Origin: Euprymna scolopes
Taxonomy: Eukaryota
NCBI GenBank assembly: GCA_053919585.1
Contig: CM132824.1
Length of the DNA: 64,000 nucleotides
Reading direction: 5' to 3' (one strand)
The notes beneath the pieces were generated by a model. The model did not search any database, was not told the origin of the DNA, and worked only from the letters and a program-made list of their open reading frames with translations. Shown piece by piece: positions 13,287 through 24,600 of this stretch (position 1 is the first letter of the stretch; the number at the start of each line of letters is the position of its first letter). A program made the translations under genes and the position numbers.

Positions 13287-13290
<4 letters not shown>
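13043..13290 (+). mobile_element. Degenerate 5S rRNA-derived SINE (SINE3-like)
   Basis: GATCACCGTAGTTAAACA resembles 5S box A; the body resembles the copy at 58350-58635; followed by (TA)n. Confidence 0.45.

Positions 13291-13294
<4 letters not shown>

Positions 13295-13348
<54 letters not shown>
13295..13348. repeat. (TA)n microsatellite
   Basis: Seen directly. Confidence 0.97.
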
Positions 13349-13350
<2 letters not shown>

Positions 13351-13455
13351 GATTTCAACAGTCAAAAAACGTCGTAACCCCCAATTGTCATGACAGCCAA
13401 AGAACTGGGCCGCGGTTTTCTTGGTTTATGTTAGTTAATAGAATTTCTTGTGTGC

Positions 13456-13525
13456 GGGGCTTTTGCTCAGTTGGCAGAGTGCTAGCCTCGCATGCAAGAT
13501 GCTGGGGTTTCAAATCCCGAGTTCA
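13456..13525 (+). pseudogene. tRNA-Ala(CGC)-like pseudogene or SINE head
   Basis: GGGG..GCTCAGTTGGCAGAGTG box A; anticodon arm CTAGC-CTCGCAT-GCAAG; GTTTCAAATCC box B; the acceptor stem does not pair. Confidence 0.6.
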
Positions 13526-13583
13526 GATGTTTCTATCTGATGCGCCAAAATTAGGGCGAAACTCAAGTCTTGGACTTCCGGTT

Positions 13584-13759
13584 NNNNNNNNNNNNNNNNN
13601 NNNNNNNNNNNNNNNNNNNNNNNNNNNNNNNNNNNNNNNNNNNNNNNNNNNNNNNNNNNNNNNNNNNNNNNNNNNNNNNNNNNNNNNNNNNNNNNNNNNN
13701 NNNNNNNNNNNNNNNNNNNNNNNNNNNNNNNNNNNNNNNNNNNNNNNNNNNNNNNNNNN
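13584..13759. other. N-run, 176 bp (gap or masking)
   Basis: Seen directly. Confidence 0.99.
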
Positions 13760-13860
13760 GAGTGTGCGGTTTTAAAGATACAACGTTAAAAGAAATAGAT
13801 GCACAAGTATTTACTTATGTTGGTCTATTATCGGTAACATCTTGCGAACAATAGTCAAGC

Positions 13861-14490
13861 CACTGGTCTTTTGTATTTGGCATATAATTATATAACAACC
13901 TACACCGGGAGCTGAAACAATTGTACGCAATGCGTTTCCAATAAAAGCTTTTTTTATATGCTCTGTAATATCATTGAGCTACATAAATCAATGATTTGTT
14001 CTTTTCAAAAAAGTGAAATGTCACAACATATATTTATTTACTGATAGACACGTCTATTATTATGAACTGAATGGTTGACTTTGAGAAAGATACGTACACG
14101 TAAATGGCATATTGTGTCTCCATTGTTAAAACTTCAGTGTTTGGATTTCTGTTTCTTCGAACTCCTGGAATACTCAGTGGCATACAATAATCAGTCACCA
14201 TGACTGCGTCCTGGCGACCCTGATACACGATTTCCATCTCTTTTAGGTCCTGATGAAATTTCTTTTAATTCTGCTCGTCAGTCATTGAGCCCGGGTTCTT
14301 AGTAAACCGGGCCATACGTGAAAATAGGCAGTGCATTTTGACGGTCACATTGCAGCCCAGGTTTATGAAAGCAGAAATGGTTTCACGTTTGTATCTCCAC
14401 TTCGGCATATTGAAATTTCGAACGCAATTTCTGATTAGCTGTCGGATCTGAAGACCGTCAAAGATGTCAGCTCTCAACTTGGTCAACAAA
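13861..14490 (-). mobile_element. DNA transposase relic, Chapaev3 (CMC)-like, with a possible terminus CACTG at 13861
   Basis: ORFs 14265-14489 and 14034-14237 give KLRADIFDGLQIRQLI, LGCNVTVKMHCLFS..NPGSMTDEQ, FHQD and YQGRQDAVMVTDYC. Confidence 0.65.
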
Positions 14491-14961
14491 TCTTAATCGT
14501 GCAATAGTAGAAATAAAGTAAGATGAGGTCCACCACACACGGGCAGTTGCATCTCACATTTCGAGTGTAATAAGTTCATATTTTACAGTATGACGCGTCG
14601 CGAAAGGGTATGTATATCTGGCTGTTGATGCAATGTGTTAATAGACTAGAGTGCTCCGCTTTTAGGGGTGTTGCCTTCAATCCCTGTAGCTTGCGATCTT
14701 CTTGATCATTTTCCTGAGGTAGGAAAGAGTAAATTATGGATACGATTTGGCACAATAACATCGTATGGCCTTCGTACGCGCTGCATATTCAAAACAATAT
14801 ACAACGACTGAAGGGCACAGCTATGGTATTTCCTCGAGTGCTTCTATTTACTGATACCATTATCAGTAGTAATATAAGTATTAGAAACAGTTATAGTCCT
14901 AAAAATGAACAACATAACGGGGAATGGCAGGGTCTAACTTCTTGATTTTTGAAAATACTAT

Positions 14962-15198
14962 TATACGCAACACACCTCATATGACAGTGAAAATTCCAGC
15001 TATACGCAACATACCTCATATGACAGTGAAAATACCATATATGCGCATCATACCTCATATGACAGTGAAAACACCAGCTATACGCAACATACCTCACATG
15101 ACAGTGAAAATACCATATATACGCAACATACCTCATATGACAGTGAAAATACCATATATGCGCATCATACCTCATAGGACAGTGAAAATACTATTATA
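14962..15198. repeat. 39-bp tandem repeat, about 6 copies (ATACGCAACATACCTCATATGACAGTGAAAATACCATAT)
   Basis: Seen directly; 13-aa periodicity in ORFs 14924-15217 and 14891-15175. Confidence 0.93.
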
Positions 15199-15779
15199 CG
15201 TTACCCATCTCATGTGATAGGGTTTCCAAGTAGAAAAATAAAACGAAACACCACACAACAGAAACATAATCGCTGATGCTTTGTAGACTTTTTTTATTTG
15301 GGGGGGATTTCTTTCCACCTTTATTCTCCCCTTCATCTTTTTTTATATATTTTCCCTTCTCTTGAGTTTGCATACTGCTGCTAATATTTTTATTCATGTG
15401 AATAATTTCTGACTGTTGACTGACTGCTTATTCACATGGTTTGTAATAAAATTCAAAGCTGAAGTTGTCAGTTCGGAGTTCGGACATTTAAAATGTGTTG
15501 ACGTGCCATCTTCTCTTCGTGTAAACAGATTGGTAAAGTGTTGAAGTGAACTCATCTAAGTTACCTGGTGAAGTTATAACGATGACGAGGTTGTGTCTGA
15601 GTTTCCTGATGGATTCGTATCTCGCTAAGAGAAATCTACTTCAAGGAAATCCAAGAAATCTGTCGATGACTTTCAGTTAAATATATCAGAAAAACACTAG
15701 CTTGATAAACAGAAGACGTACATGGGACATATTTTCACTAGGAAAGATTGTATTAAAAAGGATCTATCACTAGATATTA

Positions 15780-16180
15780 TTTTCTAAAGCCTGATGACAA
15801 GGGACACCTATGGCTGCAATTTTCTAAGTCAAAGAAAAAAAACATTTCTACTCTGGACTGAAAGAAGGAACTAGAAACGCTGTGTTTGTCTTTTTTACCA
15901 GCCATCTTGCCTTTTCAGAAAACCTTATTATACGAAAAAGTGTGGGTTTTACAGTTTATTCCTTCAGAAAATAAGATCCTCGCTATAAAACAACACTCTC
16001 GAGACATTGTTTCGGAATATAAGTTTTCTTAATCTGAAGATATTTCAACTAATTTACGCTTCATTATAAAAAACGACATTACAAAATGTAAACCAACTTG
16101 CAAACAAAGTGATGGAACTGTTTTCGACTTGCTAAAAGTAATACGACTTTCTAAAAAAGCCTACGTCGGTCGAAATCTCA
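15780..16180 (+). mobile_element. Possible piggyBac transposase relic
   Basis: Fragments KPDDKGHLWL and GTRNAVF.FFTS resemble KPDKYG..W and G.N.T.DNFFTS; heavily decayed. Confidence 0.3.
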
Positions 16181-16825
16181 AATTACAGCACTATGTTGTA
16201 AAAAAAGAAGCCTTTTCAGTGAGTTTCTCTTTCTTTCTGTCTTTCATAATGGTTACCACACAAAGGGCATTTCTTTTTAGTTGAGAGCAAAATCTTAGCA
16301 GCAGACAGCCCTGACAATTTTTGGTTCTAAGTTTCTTTCCTTCCCCTTCATAATACAATTGTTCGCTTCTTTCTATCCACTAAGCTTTTCCTCTTCTCAT
16401 TATTTTGTTGTTGTCGCTTTTCTTTATCTTTGTATTGGTAATGTTTTTATACGTGAAGTGACCTTCACCAGTAATTGTGATAATTATTTCGACAACTTCA
16501 CGGATATTACGTTGAACTCTAGGTATGTGTGCTCCTACATGCCAACGTTCATCGATTATTTGGTCCCTCTTCACACCCAGAATTTAAGCTTTACCTCTTA
16601 ATCTTTTGTTCGACTAACCCCACATGGTTTAAACAAATGTACTTTCATATGTTACCCGCCCTTTATATTTCTTACATCCCAGCACTCAACGACCTCAGTT
16701 GAACATGGATCATAGCTGTAAAAATATGTCAGCCTGATCGGTTAAGTTATTGGGAAAAAGTAGAACACACAGACGGTAAAACTATCTAGTATAAAGTATT
16801 GTTAGTAGTAGTTAATTAATATTTG

Positions 16826-16826
16826 C

Positions 16827-16860
<34 letters not shown>

Positions 16861-16872
16861 AATAATATTAAT
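16826..16872. repeat. (ATT)n/(AAT)n microsatellite
   Basis: Seen directly. Confidence 0.9.
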
Positions 16873-17456
16873 AAAGGTATTAGCAGCTCCCGGACTTTTA
16901 AACAATCTATAACATTATGGTGACTTATTCACAGGGATTGTGGATACGAAAGAAATGTACTACTAATGCGACTAATACAGCTAATGCTGCGTATTAAAAA
17001 TACATCCATTAACGCGTCTACTTTAAAATGGCCGGTATTTTCTTTTTTTTTTTTTTTCTTTTTTTTTGCAGTGGCGAAAACGTTTGGTGCGCACTACGTG
17101 CAGCGGTTTTCATAGATTTTCCGGAAGCGAAACGTGAGAAGGCAAAAAAAAAAAAAAAAAAAAAAAAAAAAGAAAGAAAAAACTCGCCGAAGCTTAAGAC
17201 GATACGCGTTTACGATAAAATAAACAAAAAAAAAAAAAAGATAAAATGTTACAAGATCCGAGGATGAAAAAAATGATCAAGGAAGGAAGACATTCAAACC
17301 GCTGAATTCTCTACAAGACGAAAATAAATCTATACTCGCATGTGGATTTACGCAATGAAAAATCGATATCCAATATTTGTTTGATCGATTCATTTTAAAG
17401 ATTTGTAAACTGAAATACATTTCGATGTACCTAAGTGCATTTGATTACACACACAC

Positions 17457-17512
<56 letters not shown>

Positions 17513-17515
<3 letters not shown>

Positions 17516-18465
17516 AGCAAAAGTACCAGTCGTTGACTGGGTTCAAAAACAGCCCAAAGAAAATAGATTCTGATTTCTGAAAGTATGAGAGGTTATGAAA
17601 AGGAAGGGTTCTAAATTTCGGTTGAATTTGGGGGTATCAAAACCAAAACAAAATATGATGAAAGCAAAAATAAAAAAGATAAACCACATAATTTATTATA
17701 CCATACATTTTAACACTGAAATATCACAATATTCTGTGGATCTGTATTAAAAAAGACAATGGACTTTGATTTATGAAAGTACGATAGGTTATGAAAAGAA
17801 AGGCTTGTAAAGAGATAGTTTCGAATTTGGGGGCATCAAAACGAAACCAAAAGATGATGAAAGTAAAAATAAAATAGATAAACCCCATAATTTATTATAC
17901 CATACCTGTTAACACTGAAAGACTTATCACAATATTCTGTGGATCTATATTAAAAAAAAAAACTTGTTAAACCTTGTGACATATTTCCATTCTATGGAAG
18001 TCAGGCGCGACCGAACGCACCATACTTTTATTAGACCATATTTCTTCAATCTGCAACATAATTATCAAAGTATACTTTCGCAGATAGATATGAAAAGTAT
18101 TTGTTAAAGTGTGTGCCTATTTCAATTCTATGGAGGCCAGGCGCGAACGAAGACCCCACAATTTCATTATACCATCCCTATTAAAGTTAAAACATACTTA
18201 TCAAAATATTCTTATGTACATCTATATAAAAAAAACACTTGTAAACGTTATTTCTTAATTTAAAAATTTCTTATTTCCATACTTCGTGGAAAAGGCACGA
18301 ACGCAGACCCCATAATTTTAATGAACCACTGATCTGCCAGATACACATACACATTTCTGTGTCTCGATACATCTTATATGATTATATGTAATCAGTTTTT
18401 TTTTAAATAGTCACCCATATAGGAGCCTATTCGTGACCAGACACACACACACAGACATTCAGCTT

Positions 18466-18475
<10 letters not shown>
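17513..18475 (-). mobile_element. Non-autonomous Helitron-like element with internal diverged tandem repeats, flanked by (TA)n
   Basis: Minus strand starts TATATATAAAGCTGAATGTCTG(TG)n and ends with hairpin CCAGTC-AAC-GACTGG then CTTGT; internal ~180-bp duplication (17579/17775) and ~140-150-bp repeats (~17985, 18123, 18277). Confidence 0.6.
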
Positions 18476-18517
<42 letters not shown>

Positions 18518-18539
18518 TTAATAACAGATTTCCATTATC

Positions 18540-18670
18540 TATAGACGTAGAGTGGCATTTTTGTGCGTAGTGAAGAATAATGAAAGAAGATTATTCTTAA
18601 GCCGTCGTCTCATATAATAAAATCTTCCCTCAGTGCTACCACTAATCAACATCAGCTTTACTAAAGAGGA
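18540..18670 (-). mobile_element. Downstream continuation of the decayed RTE/RTE-X-like LINE interrupted by the 54-bp satellite
   Basis: Minus frame continuing from the last unit reads VNSSLVKLMLISGSTEGRFYY, resembling the KV..TP.FM.YGELGR.P motif of RTE-X-like LINEs. Confidence 0.35.
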
Positions 18671-21600
18671 ATTAACATTTATCTTATATTGGCTATTAAA
18701 ATTGATGACCAGGTGTTATGACTCATTAATCTTTTTCTTATATTGGCTTCTGGAATTGATGACCAGGTGTTATGAATCATTCACCTTTATCTTATATTGG
18801 CTCCTGACATTCATGGCCAGGTGTTATAAATCATTACCCTTTATCTTATATTGCCTCCTGGAATTGATGACCAGATGTTATAAATTTATCTTATATTGCC
18901 TCCTGGAATTGATGACCAGCTGTTATAAATCATTCACCTTTATCTTATATTGGCTCCTGCAATTGATGACCACGTGTTATGAATCCTTCACCTTTATCTA
19001 ATATTGGCTCCTGGAATTGATGACCAGGTATTATGGATCATTCACCTTTATCTAATATTGCCTCCTGGAATTGATGACCAGGTGTTATGAATCATTAACC
19101 TTTATCTTATATTGCCTCCTGGGATTGATGACCAGGTGTTATGACTCATTAATCTTTATCTTATTTTGCCTCCTGGAATTGATGACCAGGTGTTATGAAT
19201 CATTCACCTTGTCTTATATTGCCTCCTGGAATTGATGACCAGGTGTTATGAATCATTAACCTTTTATCTTATGTTTGCTCTTAAAATTGATGACCAGGTA
19301 TTATAAATCATTAACCTTTATCTTATATTGCCTCCTGGAAATGATGCCCAGGTATTATGAATCATTCACCTTTATCTAATATTGCATTTTGGAATTGGTT
19401 ACCAGGTATTGTGAGTAATTAACCTTTATCTTATATTGGCTCCTGGAATTGATGACAAGGTGTTATGAATCATTAACCTTTATCTTATATTGCCTCCTGG
19501 AATTGATGACCAGGTATTATGAATCATTCACCTTTATCTAATATTGCATTTTGGAATTGGTTACCAGGTATTGTGAGTAATTAACCTTTATCTTATATTG
19601 GCTCCTGGAATTGATGACAAGGTGTTATGAATCATTTATATTTATCTAATATTGCCTCCTGGAATGTATGACCAGGTATTATGAATCATTCACCTTTATC
19701 TAATATTGCCTCCTGGAATTGATGACCAGGTGTTATGAATCATTAATCTTTATCTTATTTTGCCTCCTGGAATTGATGACCAGGTGTTATGAATCATTCG
19801 ACTTTATTTTATATTGCCTCCTGGAATTGATGATCAGGTATTATGAATCATTCACCTTTATCTTATATTGCCTCCTGGAATTGATGACCAGGTGTTATGA
19901 CTCATTAATCTTTATCTAATATTGGCTCCTGGAATTGATGACCAGGGGTTATGACTCATTAATCTTTATCTAATATTGCCTCCTGGAATTGATGACCAGG
20001 TGTTATGAATCATTCGCCTTTATTTTATATTGCCTCCTGGAATTGATGACCAGGTATTATGAATCATTCACCTTTATCTTATATTGCCTCCTGGAATTGA
20101 TGACCAGGTGTTATGACTCATTAATCTTTATCTAATATTGGCTCCTGGAATTGATGACCAGGTGTTATGAATCATTTATCTTTATCTAATATTGCCTCCT
20201 GGAATTGATGACCAGGTATTATGAATCATTCACCTTTATCTAATATTGCCTCCTGGAATTGATGACCAGGTGTTATGAATCATTCACCTTTATCTAATAT
20301 TGCCTCCTGGAATTGATGACCAGGTGTTATGAATCATTTATCTTTATCTAATATTGCCTCCTGGAATTGATGACCAGGTGTTATGAATCATTCGCCTTTA
20401 TTTTATATTGCCTCCTGGAATTGATGACCAGGTATTATGAATCATTCACCTTTATCTAATATTGCCTCCTGGAATTGATGACCAGGTGTTATGAATCATT
20501 CGCCTTTATTTTATATTGCCTCCTGGAATTGATGACCAGGTGTTATGAATCATTAATCTTTATCTCATTTTGCCCCCTGGAATTGATGACCAGGTGTTAT
20601 GAATCATTTATCTTTATCTTATATTGCCTCCTGGAATTGATGACGAGGTATTATGAATCATTCACCTTTATCTAATATTGGCTCCTGGAATTGATGACCA
20701 GGTGTTATAGAATCATTCGCCTTTATTTTATATTGGCTCCTGGAATTGATGACCAGGTATTATGAATCATTCACCTTTATCTAATATTGCCTCCTGGAAT
20801 TGATGACCAGGTGTTATGAATCAGTCACCTTTATCTAATATTGCCTCCTGGAATTGATGACCCGGGTTTTATGACTCATTAATCTTTATCTCATATTGCC
20901 TCCTTGAATTAATGCCCAGGTTTTATGAATCATTCACCTTTATCTAATATTGCCTCCTGGAATTGATGACCAGGTGTTATGAATCATTCACCTTTATCTA
21001 ATATTGCCTCCTGGAATTAATGCCCAGGTGTTATGAATCAGTCACCTTTATCTAATATTGCCTCCTGGAATTGATGACCAGGTGTTATGAATCATTCACC
21101 TTTATCTAATATTGCCTCCTGGAATTGATGACCAGGTGTTATGAATCATTCACCTTTATCTAATATTGCCTCCTGGAATTAATGCCCAGGTGTTATGAAT
21201 CAGTCACCTTTATCTAATATTGCCTCCTGGAATTGATGACCAGGTGTTATGAATCATTCACCTTTATCTAATATTGCCTCCTGGAATTGATGACCAGGTG
21301 TTATGAATCATTCACCTTTATCTAATATTGCCTCCTGGAATTGATGACCAGGTGTTATGAATCATTCACCTTTATCTAATATTGCCTCCTGGAATTGATG
21401 ACCAGGTGTTATGAATCATTCACCTTTATCTAATATTGCCTCCTGGAATCATTGCCCAGGTGTTATGAATCAGTCACCTTTATCTAATATTGCCTCCTGG
21501 AATTGATGACCAGGTGTTATGAATCATTCACCTTTATCTAATATTGCCTCCTGGAATTGATGACCAGGTGTTATGAATCATTCACTTTTATCTAATATTG

Positions 21601-24600
21601 CCTCCTGGAATTGATGACCAGGTGTTATGAATCATTCACCTTTATCTAATATTGCCTCCTGGAATTGATGACCAGGTGTTATGAATCATTCACCTTTATC
21701 TTATATTGCCTCCTGGAATTGATGACCAGGTGTTATGAATCATTCACCTTTATCTAATATTGCCTCCTGGAATTGATGACCAGGTGTTATGAATCATTCA
21801 CCTTTATCTAATATTGCCTCCTGGAATTGATGACCAGGTGTTATGAATCATTCACCTTTATCTAATATTGCCTCCTGGAATTGATGACCAGGTGTTATGA
21901 ATCATTCACCTTTATCTAATATTGCCTCCTGGAATTGATGACCAGGTGTTATGAATCATTCACCTTTATCTTATATTGCCTCCTGGAATTGATGACCAGG
22001 TGTTATGACTCATTAATCTTTATCTAATATTGCCTCCTGGAATTAATGCCCAGGTGTTATGAATCAGTCACCTTTATCTAATATTGCCTCCTGGAATTGA
22101 TGACCAGGTGTTATGACTCATTAATCTTTATCTAATATTGCCTCCTGGAATTGATGACCAGGTGTTATGAATCAGTCACCTTTATCTAATATTGCCTCCT
22201 GGAATTGATGACCAGGTGTTATGAATCATTCACCTTTATCTTATATTGCCTCCTGGAATTGATGACCAGGTGTTATGAATCATTCACCTTTATCTAATAT
22301 TGCCTCCTGGAATTGATGACCAGGTGTTATGAATCATTCACCTTTATCTAATATTGCCTCCTGGAATTGATGACCAGGTGTTATGAATCCTCCACTTTTA
22401 TCTAATATTGCCTCCTGGAATTGATGACCAGGTGTTATGAATCATTCACCTTTATCTAATATTGCCTCCTGGAATTAATGCCCAGGTGTTATGAATCAGT
22501 CACCTTTATCTAATATTGCCTCCTGGAATTGATGACCAGGTGTTATGAATCATTCACCTTTATCTAATATTGCCTCCTGGAATTGATGACCAGGTATTAT
22601 GAATCATTCACCTTTATCTAATATTGCCTCCTGGAATTGATGACCAGGTGTTATGAATCATTCACCTTTATCTAATATTGCCTCCTGGAATTGATGACCA
22701 GGTGTTATGAATCATTCACCTTTATCTAATATTGCCTCCTGGAATTGATGACACGGTGTTATTAATCATTCACCTTTATCTAATATTGCCTCCTGGAATT
22801 GATGACCAGGTGTTATGAATCATTCACCTTTATCTAATATTGCCTCCTGGAATTGATGACCAGGTGTTATGAATCATTCACCTTTATCTAATATTGCCTC
22901 CTGGAATTGATGACCAGGTGTTATGAATCATTCACCTTTATCTAATATTGCCTCCTGGAATTAATGCCCAGGTGTTATGAATCAGTCACCTTTATCTAAT
23001 ATTGCCTCCTGGAATTGATGACCAGGTGTTATGAATCATTCACCTTTATCTAATATTGCCTCCTGGAATTGATGACCAGGTGTTATGAATAATTCACCTT
23101 TATCTAATATTGCCTCCATGAATTAATGCCCAGGTGTTATGAATCAGTCACCTTTATCTAATATTGCCTCCTGGAATTAATGCCCAGGTGTTATGAATCA
23201 GTCACCTTTATCTAATATTGCCTCCTGGAATTAATGCCCAGGTGTTATGAATCATTCACCTTTATCTAATATTGCCTCCTGGAATTGATGACCAGGTGTT
23301 ATGAATCATTCACCTTTATCTAATATTGCCTCCTGGAATTGATGACCAGGTGTTATGAATCATTCACCTTTATCTAATATTGCCTCCTGGAATTGATGAC
23401 CAGGTGTTATGAATCATTCACCTTTATCTAATATTGCCTCCATGAATTAATGCCCAGGTGTTATGAATCAGTCACCTTTATCTAATATTGCCTCCTGGAA
23501 TTAATGCCCAGGTGTTATGAATCAGTCACCTTTATCTAATATTGCCTCCTGGAATTGATGACCAGGTGTTATGACTCATTAATCTTTATCTTATATTGCC
23601 TCCTGGAATTGATGACCAGGTGTTATGAATCATTCACCTTTATCTAATATTGCCTCCTGGAATTGATGACCAGGTGTTATGAATCATTCACCTTTATCTA
23701 ATATTGCCTCCTGGAATTAATGCCCAGGTGTTATGAATCATTCACCTTTATCTAATATTGCCTCCTGGAATTGATGACCAGGTGTTATGAATCATTCACC
23801 TTTATCTAATATTGCCTCCTGGAATTGATGACCAGGTGTTATGAATCATTCACCTTTATCTAATATTGCCTCCTGGAATTGATGACCAGGTGTTATGAAT
23901 CATTCACCTTTATCTAATATTGCCTCCTGGAATTGATGACCAGGTGTTATGAATCATTCACCTTTATCTAATATTGCCTCCTGGAATTGATGACCAGGTG
24001 TTATGAATCATTCACCTTTATCTAATATTGCCTCCTGGAATTGATGACCAGGTGTTATGAATCATTCACCTTTATCTAATATTGCCTCCTGGAATTAATG
24101 CCCAGGTGTTATGAATCAGTCACCTTTATCTAATATTGCCTCCTGGAATTGATGACCAGGTGTTATGAATCATTCACCTTTATCTAATATTGCCTCCTGG
24201 AATTAATGCCCAGGTGTTATGAATCAGTCACCTTTATCTAATATTGCCTCCTGGAATTGATGACCAGGTGTTATGAATCATTCACCTTTATCTAATATTG
24301 CCTCCTGGAATTAATGCCCAGGTGGTATGAATCAGTCACCTTTATCTAATATTGCCTCCTGGAATTAATGCCCAGGTGTTATGAATCATTCACCTTTATC
24401 TAATATTGCCTCCTGGAATTGATGACCAGGTGTTATGAATCATTCACCTTTATCTAATATTGCCTCCTGGAATTGATGACCAGGTGTTATGAATCATTAA
24501 CCTTTATCTAATATTGCCTCCTGGAATTAATGCCCAGGTGTTATGAATCATTCACCTTTATCTAATATTGCCTCCTGGAATTAATGCCCAGGTGTTATGA

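Noticed and set aside
13456-13525. Functional tRNA-Ala gene
   Set aside because: Unpaired acceptor stem, mismatch in the anticodon stem, altered T-loop
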